A stretch of 64,000 bases of DNA from Chloroflexi bacterium ADurb.Bin180. GTDB taxonomy: Bacteria > Chloroflexota > Anaerolineae > UBA2200. The stretch spans positions 34,952 through 98,951 of the forward strand of contig MWCV01000002.1 in NCBI GenBank assembly GCA_002070215.1, written 5' to 3'. Below the pieces are notes generated by a model. That model saw only the letters and a program-made list of their open reading frames with translations, was not told the origin of the DNA and searched no databases. Of this stretch, positions 1-8,755 are shown piece after piece. Positions within the stretch are counted from its first letter, which is position 1, and each line of letters starts with the position of its first letter. Both the position numbers and the translations under genes were made by a program.

Positions 1-1015
1 TCTTGTTCGCATTGGTGACCCGCGAGTCGCTCTGCATCGCCCCGGAATACACACGGTAGTAGGTCAGTTTTCCCACGTAGGGGTCAGCCATGGTCTTGAA
101 CACCAGCGCTGCCAGCGGGCCCGCCGGGTCCGGCTTGAGGTTCTGCTCGCTGTTGTCGCGAAGGTTCTTGGCCACCGCCACGGTCGCCAGAGGCGATGGC
201 AGATAGTCCACAATGCCCTGTTGAAGCTGCCGAACACCGATGTTCAGCGTGGCAGAACCGCAAAACACCGGCACGATTTTGCCCGACGCGATGGCCTTGG
301 ACAGACCCTGCTGCACCTCACCTGCCGTCAGCTCAACTCCGTCCAGGTACTTGACGATGAGCTCATCGTCGGCCTCAGCGGCCGCGTCGATCACCTGCTG
401 TCGAAGAGCCTGCGCTTCCTCACGCAGCTCGGCAGGAACCTCGCTCGGCTTGCTGCCATCGCCCATATAGGCCTTCATCGAAAGCAGGTCAATTACACCC
501 TTGAAAGAGGCGTGAGAGCCAACTGGCGCTTGCAGGAGCAGGAACGTCGCGGAAAACTTGGCCCTGAGCTGCTCGAGCGTGTGCTCGAGGCTCGAGTTCT
601 CTCGATCCATCTTGTTGACAAAAACCAACCGCGGCAGCTTGCGCTCGTCCGCGTACTCCCAGACTAGCTCTGTGCCTACCTCTACCCCGGAGGTGGCGCA
701 CACCACCACTACCGCTCCGTCAGAGACTCGAATGGCGCCCTTGACCTCACCCACAAAGTCGGCGTAGCCAGGAGTGTCAAGAAGGTTGACTTTGTAGCTG
801 TCCCACTCCCAAGGCACCACGGAGGTACTCACAGAGATCTTGCGGCGCACTTCTTCTGGATCATAGTCAGAGACAGTGGTTCCGTCGTCTACACGGCCCA
901 GGCGGTTGATCGCTCCCGTGTTGAACAGCATCGCTTCCGTCAGCGAGGTCTTGCCCGCTCCGCTGTGGGAGATCACACTGACGTTTCTCAACTCCTCCAC
1001 CTTGTGACTCTTCAT
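1..1015 (-). CDS. fusA: Elongation factor G-type translational GTPase, N-terminal ~338 codons; the C-terminus lies beyond the left edge of the window
   Basis: Reverse-complement translation from the ATG at 1013-1015 gives MKSHKVEELRNVSVISHSGAGKTSLTEAMLF... (G1 P-loop), ...NLLDTPGYADF (G3), ...LVFVNKMDR (G4), and continues open to position 1. It is absent from the ORF track only because it has no in-window stop. AGGAGG lies 4 nt upstream of the ATG. Confidence 0.9.
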   Translation of the reverse strand, partial: MKSHKVEELRNVSVISHSGAGKTSLTEAMLFNTGAINRLGRVDDGTTVSDYDPEEVRRKISVSTSVVPWEWDSYKVNLLDTPGYADFVGEVKGAIRVSDGAVVVVCATSGVEVGTELVWEYADERKLPRLVFVNKMDRENSSLEHTLEQLRAKFSATFLLLQAPVGSHASFKGVIDLLSMKAYMGDGSKPSEVPAELREEAQALRQQVIDAAAEADDELIVKYLDGVELTAGEVQQGLSKAIASGKIVPVFCGSATLNIGVRQLQQGIVDYLPSPLATVAVAKNLRDNSEQNLKPDPAGPLAALVFKTMADPYVGKLTYYRVYSGAMQSDSRVTNANK

Positions 1016-1084
1016 CAACCCTCCTATGACCATCGTCAAACGTGCTGGAAGACGCCAGCATCGGCGTTTTTCACAGCATTGGCT

Positions 1085-1113
1085 ATTCTACGGCCGATTG
1101 GAGGACCTGTCAA
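1085..1113 (-). promoter_or_regulatory. Sigma70-type promoter for the EF-G gene (read on the minus strand: TTGACA, 17-nt spacer, TAGAAT)
   Basis: The plus-strand complement of TTGACA sits at 1108-1113 and the complement of TAGAAT at 1085-1090, with a 17-nt spacer. The predicted TSS is near 1078, about 60 nt upstream of the start codon. Confidence 0.45.
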
Positions 1114-1133
1114 TTCGGCCGCCCGCCAAACGC

Positions 1134-1162
1134 TTGACAGTTGAGCGGCCATAGTATATATT
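1134..1162 (+). promoter_or_regulatory. Sigma70-type promoter for the RodZ-like gene (TTGACA-17-TATATT), divergent from the EF-G promoter
   Basis: TTGACA at 1134-1139 and TATATT at 1157-1162. The predicted TSS is ~1169, giving a 40-nt leader with GGAGAG upstream of the ATG at 1209. Confidence 0.45.
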
Positions 1163-1208
1163 GCCCCATGCACCGTTGCGGGATGGTTACAGAAGAGCGG
1201 AGAGATGG

Positions 1209-2039
1209 ATGGGCGAGCTAGGGGACCTGCTACGCAAAACCCGTGAGGAAAAAGGACTGTCCTTGGCCCAGGTAGAGGAGGCCACCAGGATACGCCACGC
1301 CTATCTGCAAGCGTTGGAGGAGGAAGCATTTGATCGTCTCCCCGCCGCCGTCTATGTCAGGGGTTTCTTGAAGAACTATGCCTTGTTCCTGGGCCTTGAT
1401 GCGTCGACCACGCTCCAGCTCTACCATCCGGTCTCGGCGCAAGGCTCGCCTCAACCGACGCCCGCTTTCCTCAACGAGCCGCTGACTCTGCACCCTGGCA
1501 CAGCCCTCCTGATGAGGTGGGCAGGCCCCATTCTGCTGATTCTCTGCCTTGCCGCCGCCGGCTGGCTGGCCTTTAACCGGTGGGGAGGCCGAATCAACCT
1601 GCACTGGCCCTTTTTCTGGCCGTCAGCCTCACCTACCCTGGCACCCACCGCCACCCCCACGGCGACACTGGTTGCCTTGACCGCTACTCCCATATCTCCG
1701 ACCCCGACTCCAGAGCCGACAATGACGCCAGCCCCCACCGAAACGCCCAGGCCAATCCAGGGGCTGGAAATGCGCATCGAAGTCGTTGGCGAGCGGGCCT
1801 GGTTGATGGTGGAGATCGACGACCAGCCCGCTTTTGCCGGTATCCTCGAGCCAGGCGCCGCCGATACCTGGGTGGCCCGCGAACGCATCTTCCTTCGTTG
1901 CGGCAACGCCGGTGCCGTCAGACTCAGGCTGAACGACGTTGACCTCGGGTTCCTGGGCACGTCTGGTCAGGTTGTCAACCGTGAATGGACCGCGCCTGGC
2001 GTGCCTACTCGAACCCCGGCGGCTCCAGCCGGCCAGTGA
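1209..2039 (+). CDS. RodZ-like cytoskeletal protein: N-terminal HTH (XRE-type), one TM segment, PT-rich linker, C-terminal DUF4115-type domain
   Basis: MGELGDLLRKTREEKGLSLAQVEEATRIRHAYLQALEEEAF..VYVRGFLKNYALFLGLD is the characteristic RodZ N-terminus. A hydrophobic span follows (ILLILCLAAAGWLAF), then a PTATPT linker, then a conserved C-terminal domain (EMRIEVVGERAWLMVEIDD...REWT). I place the start at ATG 1209 rather than the ORF-track start at 1161 because of the HTH alignment and the upstream SD. Confidence 0.75.
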   Translation: MGELGDLLRKTREEKGLSLAQVEEATRIRHAYLQALEEEAFDRLPAAVYVRGFLKNYALFLGLDASTTLQLYHPVSAQGSPQPTPAFLNEPLTLHPGTALLMRWAGPILLILCLAAAGWLAFNRWGGRINLHWPFFWPSASPTLAPTATPTATLVALTATPISPTPTPEPTMTPAPTETPRPIQGLEMRIEVVGERAWLMVEIDDQPAFAGILEPGAADTWVARERIFLRCGNAGAVRLRLNDVDLGFLGTSGQVVNREWTAPGVPTRTPAAPAGQ

Positions 2040-2097
2040 TTGGTCGGGGTTCGCCTCGTCTACCTGGCTGTACCAGCCGGCTCCGTCATCTGCTCCC

Positions 2098-3417
2098 ATG
2101 ACCAAACGCTTCTACCTCGTCACGCTCGGCTGCCCCAAGAACACGGTTGACGCGGAGGCTATGTCCGCGCTTCTCCTGGCGGCAGGCTGGCATCAGACGC
2201 AACGCGCGGCTCGGGCCGATATTCTGATCGCCAACACCTGTGGATTCATCGAGACCGCGCGGCAGGAATCGCTGGATACCCTGCGCCAGCTCTCCCGGGC
2301 CAAAAAGCCCGGCCAGAAGCTACTGGCGGCCGGCTGCCTGTCCCAGCGCTGGGGTGCTGAGCTGCAGGCTCTGGTCCCGGGTGTGGACGGAACCCTGGGC
2401 ACCCGCGAATGGGCACGCATTGTGTCCTGCGTGGAAGGGCTCTGCGGTTTCCCCCGCGATGCGCCCGCGCGCCCCTCCGAGCAGCTTTCCGTGGTGACCC
2501 CCACGCATCGCATCCACACCGGCCACAGCGCCTATCTAAAGATCTCTGACGGGTGCAGCGCGGCCTGCTCCTTCTGCGCTATCCCACAGATCAAGGGGCC
2601 CCACCGCAGCAAGGAGTGGTCGGCCATACTCGCCGAGGTCCGTGAGCTGGCCGACGCCCACGTTCAAGAGATCATTCTCATCGGCCAGGATACCACTGCC
2701 TACGGTCTGGACCTGGGTCAACATGACGCGCTGCCCGCGCTGATTGCGGACATGTGTCACGCCGCGCCGGATGTGCCCTGGCTGCGGTTGATGTATGCCT
2801 ACCCGCAACATGTGTCGCCGCGCTTGATCGAACTCCTGGCCACAAACCCACGGCTATGCCACTATCTCGACCTTCCACTGCAGCACGCCCACCCCGATAC
2901 CCTGCAACGCATGAGGCGCCCTGCCGATATCGAACAGGTGCACCTGCTGATTGAACAGTTGCGGACGGCAGTGCCTGACATCGCCCTGAGGACTACTTTC
3001 ATCGTCGGTTTTCCTGGCGAGACCGAGTCAGAGTTCCAGGCTCTGCTCGACTTGCTGCAATGGGCGTCGTTCGACCGAGTGGGTGTGTTCATCTTCTCGC
3101 CCGAGGAGGGCACTGTAGCGGCTACCCTGCCCAATCAGGTGCCGGGCGAGGTCGCTCACGAGCGTTATCAGCGCGCGATGGAGCTTCAGCGCGCCATCTC
3201 ACTGCAGAGAAATCAACTGCAGGTCGGGCGGACTCTGCCCGTTCTGGTCGAAGGATACGGGGATGGGGTGTCACTCAGCCGCAGCTACCGTGATGCTCCC
3301 GAGGTCGACGGCTACGTACTGCTCTCAGGCAAGCACGAGACGGGGCAAATGGTCCAGGCACGCATTGTCTCCGCCCTGGACTATGACTTGATGGCAGAAG
3401 CACAAGAGCCGCGCTGA
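2098..3417 (+). CDS. rimO: MiaB/RimO-family radical-SAM methylthiotransferase, most likely ribosomal protein S12 methylthiotransferase RimO
   Basis: MTKRFYLVTLGCPKNTVDAEAM... is the MTTase N-domain. It has the radical-SAM CxxxCxxC motif (DGCSAACSFCAIPQIKG) and a C-terminal TRAM-like region, at ~440 aa. The start is the ATG at 2098, internal to the ORF-track ORF 1939..3417. Confidence 0.75.
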   Translation: MTKRFYLVTLGCPKNTVDAEAMSALLLAAGWHQTQRAARADILIANTCGFIETARQESLDTLRQLSRAKKPGQKLLAAGCLSQRWGAELQALVPGVDGTLGTREWARIVSCVEGLCGFPRDAPARPSEQLSVVTPTHRIHTGHSAYLKISDGCSAACSFCAIPQIKGPHRSKEWSAILAEVRELADAHVQEIILIGQDTTAYGLDLGQHDALPALIADMCHAAPDVPWLRLMYAYPQHVSPRLIELLATNPRLCHYLDLPLQHAHPDTLQRMRRPADIEQVHLLIEQLRTAVPDIALRTTFIVGFPGETESEFQALLDLLQWASFDRVGVFIFSPEEGTVAATLPNQVPGEVAHERYQRAMELQRAISLQRNQLQVGRTLPVLVEGYGDGVSLSRSYRDAPEVDGYVLLSGKHETGQMVQARIVSALDYDLMAEAQEPR

Positions 3418-3436
3418 TGGTTCAGCGCGGCTCTTG
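3403..3436. terminator. Bidirectional terminator hairpin between the convergent rimO and PLP-enzyme genes (perfect 15-bp stem, 4-nt loop)
   Basis: CAAGAGCCGCGCTGA-tggt-TCAGCGCGGCTCTTG. It contains the rimO stop codon and is flanked by T/A-rich bases. Confidence 0.55.
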
Positions 3437-3471
3437 ATTGCCGGGTTTCTGTGCCAGAGGCCAGGGCGGTC

Positions 3472-4863
3472 CTAGCGGACCGCCGTCAGTCTCGCGTCGA
3501 TTTCCGCAATCCTGGCCTGTTCGGCCAGCCAGTATTCTTGATGACGCTGGGCATTGAGTTCGGCCACTGTCTTGCCCTGTTGCTCGATCCAGGTGTAATA
3601 CTTCAGGTTGTGCCAGCGAGCACGGGCCTCGCGCGTCCCCTCAAGGATCCAGTCCAGCCGCTGACCGTGAAAGATGGACTCCAGGCGGACTTGGGCCTCG
3701 ACCTTGCCCATCTTGCCGTAGGTCGCGGTCATTTGCGCCATCACCGAGTGGTAACGGTCGACCGCGTCGGTGAGAATCGTAACCACCACATCGTCCTTTC
3801 CCAGACCATAGAACTTGGCCGTCTTGATCGCGCCCAGGACGTTGCAGACCCCCGAGATGCCAAAAGTCGTGGACATCAACTGGATGTCCTCTTGAGAAAC
3901 GCCGGCATCTGCCAGGACGCGCCAGCCAGGCTCTTCCGTCAGCAACTGCAGGCCCTTCTTGCATTCGACATCGTCAAGGCACATAAGCGCGTCCATGTTA
4001 TACACATTGTGAATCCAGGTGACGTGCTTGTCGCCGATACCCTGAATGTCGTGATCGCCGTAGCCGTTGTTGAACAGCGTCGGGCACTGGATGGGCTCGA
4101 GGCCCACGATCCTGTGCTCTGGCCATACCTGCTTGAGGCGGTCACCGGCAGCGATGGTTCCCCCCGACCCCATTGCCGAGCAAAAGGCGGCGACGCGCCC
4201 CTTGCCAATACCCTGGGCCGCCAGTTCCGCGGCCAGCTCGACGATGGTATTGCCAGTGACATAGTAGTGGAAGCGATAGTTGCCAAAGACCTCGAACTGG
4301 TTCAGTATGCGAATCCTCTCGGGCTCCTGAGCCTTGAGTTCCTTGCACTTGTCATAGATCTCTTTGACACTGCTTTCGCACCCCGGAGTAGCAATGATCC
4401 GCGCCCCAAAGCTCTGGATGCGCTCGAAGCGCTCCTTGCTCATCCCCGCCGGCAGAATCACAATGCTGTCGAAACCCATGCGGCAGCCTACATAGCCACC
4501 GCCAATCCCATAGTTGCCGGTTGATGGCCACACCAGCGTGTGGATGCTTGGGTCGACCTCGCCAAAGAGCTCTTTATCGATGAGCACCGAATAGGCTGCG
4601 CCAACCTTGTGACTGCCTGTGGGCAGGTCTTTGGAATACAGCACCACAATTGGCGCATCGACACCGGTGAGCGCTTTGGGCACTACATAGGCGTAGGTCT
4701 TGCCCACGGGAGAGCGCCAGGTGATATTGTACAGGTTGATGGGATCGAGTGGATCCGCCGTCGCAGCCGCCAGGGCTTGCTTGCGAATGCGAGGGGCGAT
4801 CTTGCCCGGGTGAAGCATTTCCTCAAAGGTAGGGCCGGTGATCAGGTTACTCTGCTTGACCAT
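3472..4863 (-). CDS. PLP-dependent enzyme of the tryptophan-synthase-beta / cysteine-synthase superfamily (fold type II), with a ~110-aa C-terminal extension
   Basis: It has a lysine motif TGSHKVGAAY (compare TrpB TGSHKIN) and a glycine-rich PLP-phosphate loop (FCSAMGSGGTIAAG). AGGAGA precedes the ATG at 4863. The plus-strand ORF 3451..4524 is antisense noise. Confidence 0.7.
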   Translation of the reverse strand: MVKQSNLITGPTFEEMLHPGKIAPRIRKQALAAATADPLDPINLYNITWRSPVGKTYAYVVPKALTGVDAPIVVLYSKDLPTGSHKVGAAYSVLIDKELFGEVDPSIHTLVWPSTGNYGIGGGYVGCRMGFDSIVILPAGMSKERFERIQSFGARIIATPGCESSVKEIYDKCKELKAQEPERIRILNQFEVFGNYRFHYYVTGNTIVELAAELAAQGIGKGRVAAFCSAMGSGGTIAAGDRLKQVWPEHRIVGLEPIQCPTLFNNGYGDHDIQGIGDKHVTWIHNVYNMDALMCLDDVECKKGLQLLTEEPGWRVLADAGVSQEDIQLMSTTFGISGVCNVLGAIKTAKFYGLGKDDVVVTILTDAVDRYHSVMAQMTATYGKMGKVEAQVRLESIFHGQRLDWILEGTREARARWHNLKYYTWIEQQGKTVAELNAQRHQEYWLAEQARIAEIDARLTAVR

Positions 4864-4924
4864 GGTGTCTCCTGTCTAGAGTATTGGCATCGGCTCTGAG
4901 AGATGGTGAATCCTGCCCGGCTTT

Positions 4925-5410
4925 CTAGATCAGACGAAGGGTGAACTCGCCGGACTCTGTGTCATAGATGCCCAGGCTGGGTTTGCCAAAGCGCCCCATT
5001 ACTTCGCCCGGGTTGGCCCACAGAGTGTTGCCCAGGCGGGTCACGTCTGCAGTGTGGTTGTGTCCGCTAAAGACGGCATCATACTTGCCGCACAGCGCAA
5101 GTGCCTCGCCCAGCTCTGGGTAGTGAGCAACAGCGATGCGTCTACCGTCCAATTCCAGTTGAGCAATCGGCTTGTGGAAGGTGATGTTACTCAATCGCTC
5201 GGCAACAGTGTGCATCAAGCTCACATCACCGTCGTTGTTGCCAAACACGACGTGCACCGGTCCGGGGAAACCCTCGGCCAGCATCTTGAGAGTGAATGGC
5301 GAGCAGATGTCGCCGCAGCAGAGCAACACCGCGGCGTCAGCAACCAACTTGAGCGCTTTGTCGAGATTCCAGATGTTGTCGTGGATGTCGCTCACTACGG
5401 CAACGCGCAT
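4925..5410 (-). CDS. Metallophosphoesterase (YfcE/MJ0936-like calcineurin-type phosphodiesterase)
   Basis: Motifs VVSDIHDN, GDICSP, GNNDG and GHNH. It starts 20 nt downstream of the GH13 stop, so it is likely cotranscribed with it. Confidence 0.8.
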   Translation of the reverse strand: MRVAVVSDIHDNIWNLDKALKLVADAAVLLCCGDICSPFTLKMLAEGFPGPVHVVFGNNDGDVSLMHTVAERLSNITFHKPIAQLELDGRRIAVAHYPELGEALALCGKYDAVFSGHNHTADVTRLGNTLWANPGEVMGRFGKPSLGIYDTESGEFTLRLI

Positions 5411-5430
5411 GTCCCGTTAACCCCCTTACA

Positions 5431-6900
5431 TCAACCCTGGACCAGCACGACACCGCTTCGCGGCGGCAGTGTGAGCCCGGAGAGCCGGCCCACTCTAACC
5501 CTGGCCTCGCCTTCTTCCCAAACGCCGTGCAGGACAGTGCGCGCCGGCAGGTACCCTTCGACCGGGATATCCAGCGGGCGCGGGCCCGCTCCAGTGTTGA
5601 GTGCGCAGACTACTGTGTTCCCGTCGAGCCGACGCCCGAAGCAGTACAGGTCGTTCTGTGCCAGAAGTGTGCGGAACTCGCCGCGCCGTAGGGCGGGGTG
5701 CGACTTGCGCAGCGCGATGCAGCGCTTGAAATAGTCTCGCAGATCCCGATTCCACCGCCCGGCTTCCCAAGAAAAGGAGCGACGGCAATCCGGGTCCCGT
5801 CCGCCCTCCATACCGACCTCGTCACCGTAGTAGATGCACGGTGCCCCGGGGAAACACATCACGAACAGCACCGCCAGCCGCAGCGCCGACTCGTCACCGC
5901 GAGCCAGAGTGAGGAAGCGTGCCGTGTCATGGCTGTCCAGCAGATTGAGCTGCACCTGGTTGATCTGCGTCGAGTACAGCCCGAGCAGGTATTCAATGGC
6001 GGCAGCAAAGCTTTCCGCGCTCAGAGGATCCACAGGCGCATAGCCCGCCCCGGAAGTCAGCGCCTGGTTGAGACCATGACCCACGAAGAATCCGAGGCAC
6101 GCTTTGGTCAGCAGGTAGTTCATCACCGCGTCAAACTGGTCCCCCTGAAGCCAGCGCTGCGCTTCGTGCCAGATCTCGCCGACAATGTACGCATCGGCAT
6201 TCCTGGACTTGACCACTCGCCTAAAGTCGCGCCAAAAGTTGTCGTCATCGATCTCGCCGGGGACATCCAGCCTCCAGCCGTCCACACCCTGTTCAATCCA
6301 GTAACCAGCCACCCCCAGGAGGAACTCTCTGACCTCCGGCGTCTGGAGGTTGAACTTGGGCAGGGCGCGCAGCCCCCACCACGCGGCATAGTTGGGCCTG
6401 TGCTGCGAGTCATAGGCATAGAGGGGCCAGCCGTTGACGATGAACCAATCGAGGTACGGTGAAGACAGACCGTTCTCCAGGATATCGTGGAACTGGAAGA
6501 ACCCTCTGCTGGCGTGATTGAACACGCCATCCAGCACCACCCGCATGCTGCGCCGGTGGCACTCGTCCAGCAGCCTGCGCAACGCTTCGTTGCCGCCGAG
6601 CAGAGGGTCGACCCGGTAATAGTCGTAGGTGTGATAGCGGTGGTTGGCGGCCGACTGGAAAACAGGCGAAAAGTAGAGTGCGTTGATCCCCAGGTCCTGG
6701 AGGTAGTCGAGATGCTCGGCAACGCCAACCAGGTCACCCCCTTTGAAGCCATGCTCTGTGGGAGGGCTATCCCAGGGTTCCAGGTGACGGGGCTTGGGCA
6801 GCCCTGTGCCCTGGGCAAAGCGGTCGGGGAAGATCTGGTAAAAGACCGCATCCTTGACCCACTCCGGTGTGGTGAACGACGTTGTCCCTGGGTTATTCAT
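5431..6900 (-). CDS. GH13 alpha-amylase-family enzyme (neopullulanase / cyclomaltodextrinase / alpha-glucosidase-like), cytoplasmic
   Basis: N-terminus EWVKDAVFYQIFPDRFA. The catalytic regions are GWRLDVPGEI (Asp nucleophile), VGEIWHE (Glu) and LLDSHDTARF. No signal peptide. Confidence 0.88.
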   Translation of the reverse strand: MNNPGTTSFTTPEWVKDAVFYQIFPDRFAQGTGLPKPRHLEPWDSPPTEHGFKGGDLVGVAEHLDYLQDLGINALYFSPVFQSAANHRYHTYDYYRVDPLLGGNEALRRLLDECHRRSMRVVLDGVFNHASRGFFQFHDILENGLSSPYLDWFIVNGWPLYAYDSQHRPNYAAWWGLRALPKFNLQTPEVREFLLGVAGYWIEQGVDGWRLDVPGEIDDDNFWRDFRRVVKSRNADAYIVGEIWHEAQRWLQGDQFDAVMNYLLTKACLGFFVGHGLNQALTSGAGYAPVDPLSAESFAAAIEYLLGLYSTQINQVQLNLLDSHDTARFLTLARGDESALRLAVLFVMCFPGAPCIYYGDEVGMEGGRDPDCRRSFSWEAGRWNRDLRDYFKRCIALRKSHPALRRGEFRTLLAQNDLYCFGRRLDGNTVVCALNTGAGPRPLDIPVEGYLPARTVLHGVWEEGEARVRVGRLSGLTLPPRSGVVLVQG

Positions 6901-6949
6901 TCAGCTGGCGCCTCGTTCGGTCCGCAGAGCATGGATTCGCACGGGCGAT

Positions 6950-6978
6950 ATGTTACCGTGCTCACTGTCCGAGGTCAA
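6950..6978 (-). promoter_or_regulatory. Sigma70-type promoter for the GH13 / phosphoesterase operon (minus strand: TTGACC-17-TAACAT)
   Basis: The complement of TTGACC is at 6973-6978 and of TAACAT at 6950-6955. The start codon is at 6900. Confidence 0.35.
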
Positions 6979-7018
6979 ATGGCCCGCCGCTTGACCAGCC
7001 TCCGCCCGCTATGCTAGA

Positions 7019-7582
7019 ATGGCCGTTGTCGGGCTACTCCATCTCTGGACAAGGCGGCTCCTCTTGGTTGAGCAACAGCCCACGCTGGCTGCCCCAATCG
7101 ACCGCTACACAACAGTGCTCGTTGCCGTGATGAACCAGCCGCGCGATTGGGACATTGTCCGCGAAAAGCACTGGTACCGCATACCGGTCAAGACTGCGCC
7201 GCAGCGCGGCGTCGGAGCGCCCATTCTGGCCTTTTACCAGACCAGCGCCTTTGGCGATGAGAAATGGGCCATCCGCTACTTTGGACGAACTACCCACTGG
7301 GACACGGCGACCCGTGCCCAACTCCTGCCGGAAGAGGCTTCACATCCTCGGGCCCAGGAAAAGTACTACCAGGTACATCTGGGCGAGTTGGAGCGGCTTG
7401 CTCACCCCATTCCCAGCGCCAGGTGGAAGCGTGTCACGTTCATCGTCACTCACTGGGCACGGTTGGAATCGGCGCAGGATGTGAGCGACCTTTTGCACGG
7501 CACCATCTGGGAAGAGCGCCTCTGGCGGGCGCTGCGCAAACTCGGCCGGCTGGCGGAAGAGGACCAGTTTGACGACTGGTGA
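7019..7582 (+). CDS. Conserved hypothetical protein (no family recognised); start uncertain (ATG 7019 or ATG 7130)
   Basis: Open frame ending DDW*. The mutY TTG start overlaps its 3' end, which suggests translational coupling. A TTGACC-18-TAGAAT element at 6991-7020 overlaps the 7019 ATG, which favours the downstream start MNQPRDWD.. at 7130. Confidence 0.5.
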   Translation: MAVVGLLHLWTRRLLLVEQQPTLAAPIDRYTTVLVAVMNQPRDWDIVREKHWYRIPVKTAPQRGVGAPILAFYQTSAFGDEKWAIRYFGRTTHWDTATRAQLLPEEASHPRAQEKYYQVHLGELERLAHPIPSARWKRVTFIVTHWARLESAQDVSDLLHGTIWEERLWRALRKLGRLAEEDQFDDW

Positions 7583-8738
7583 GTATCGGCGCCTGGCCGA
7601 CCAGCTTCTCACCTGGTACGGGAAGAACAGCCGCAACCTGCCCTGGCGTTCGACCTCTGATCCCTACAGCGTTGTCGTCGCCGAGTTCATGCTGCATCAG
7701 ACTCGCGTCTCGGCAGTGCTGCCCTACTACAACCGCTTCATGGCGCAGTTTCCGGGCTGGCCGCAACTGGCGAGCGCACCCCTCGACCGCGTCCTCAAGG
7801 CCTGGGAAGGGCTCGGTTACTATGCGCGGGCGCGCAACCTTCACCGGCTGGCCAGGGTCGTTTGCCAGACTTGTCGTGGTCAGTTGCCGTCCTCTCGGGA
7901 GGAGCTGCTCGTTTTGCCAGGCATTGGTGATTACACAGCGGGAGCCATTCTAAGCATTGTCTTTGGCCAGGACGAGCCCGCAGTCGATGGCAACGTGAGA
8001 AGGGTCCTCTCGCGACTACTGGGCATCACCGAGGACCTGACCAGCCGGGCGGGAGCAGCCAGGATCCAGGCAGCAGCGAAGGCTCTTCTTCCACTGGGAA
8101 GAGCGGGGCAGTTCAACCAGGCCCTGATGGACCTGGGCGCTTCCATTTGCACCCCACGGAGACCAGACTGCAGCACCTGCCCGTGGCGGGAGAACTGCTA
8201 TGCACTGGCCAATGATCTGCAGCAAGTGCTTCCCGCCAGGCGCAAGGCCAGGCCTCTCCCGCACCATGATGTGGCGGCCGGCGTCATCTCGAAGAGCGGG
8301 AGAGTTCTCATTGCCCAGCGCCCTCCCACTGGCCTGCTGGGCGGGCTGTGGGAGTTCCCCGGTGGCAAGCAAGAGCCGGGCGAGACCCTTCAGCAGTGCC
8401 TTGTCCGTGAGGTGAGGGAGGAATTGGCCATTGACATTGAGGTCAGTGACCTGTTGATGCAGGTCGACCACGCCTATACCCACTTCAGGATCACCCTGCA
8501 CACCTTCACCTGCAAGTTCGTTTCCGGTCAACCGCGGGCCATTGGCTGCACAGCCTGGAGGTGGGTCTGGCCAAGGAATCTCGACCGTTATGCTTTTCCG
8601 ACGGCCAACCGACGCATCATCCAGCGGCTGCTAGCGCCGCCTGCACACCAGGGCCATCTCCAACCACCGCCGCAACACAGGACAGAGCGCCGCGGTCACA
8701 GGGAGCACGCCGAATCCATTACCGAGGGAACAGAGTGA
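7569..8738 (+). CDS. mutY: A/G-specific adenine DNA glycosylase MutY (HhH-GPD glycosylase with [4Fe-4S] cluster plus C-terminal Nudix/MutT-like domain)
   Basis: LTWYGKNSRNLPWR, LPGIGDYTAGAI, the Cys cluster CTPRRPDCSTCPWRENC, and a Nudix box GLLGGLWEFPGGKQEPGETLQQCLVREVREELAI. The final ~35 codons are a low-complexity read-through into the surE upstream region. Confidence 0.9.
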   Translation: MTTGEYRRLADQLLTWYGKNSRNLPWRSTSDPYSVVVAEFMLHQTRVSAVLPYYNRFMAQFPGWPQLASAPLDRVLKAWEGLGYYARARNLHRLARVVCQTCRGQLPSSREELLVLPGIGDYTAGAILSIVFGQDEPAVDGNVRRVLSRLLGITEDLTSRAGAARIQAAAKALLPLGRAGQFNQALMDLGASICTPRRPDCSTCPWRENCYALANDLQQVLPARRKARPLPHHDVAAGVISKSGRVLIAQRPPTGLLGGLWEFPGGKQEPGETLQQCLVREVREELAIDIEVSDLLMQVDHAYTHFRITLHTFTCKFVSGQPRAIGCTAWRWVWPRNLDRYAFPTANRRIIQRLLAPPAHQGHLQPPPQHRTERRGHREHAESITEGTE

Positions 8739-8755
8739 GCGCCAACAAGACACCA

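Noticed and set aside
3451-4524. 357-aa plus-strand ORF overlapping the PLP-enzyme gene; also 5698..6462 (+) inside the GH13 gene, and 37067..37819 (-) inside ychF
   Set aside because: They are antisense to genes with clear family signatures, and have no SD or promoter.
7014-7022. cTAGAATGg at 7014-7022 and 14432-14440, read as -10 hexamers for the genes they precede
   Set aside because: The hexamer overlaps the start codon itself, so it cannot serve as a -10 for that ATG. It is either coincidence or the real start is further downstream (discussed for 7019).
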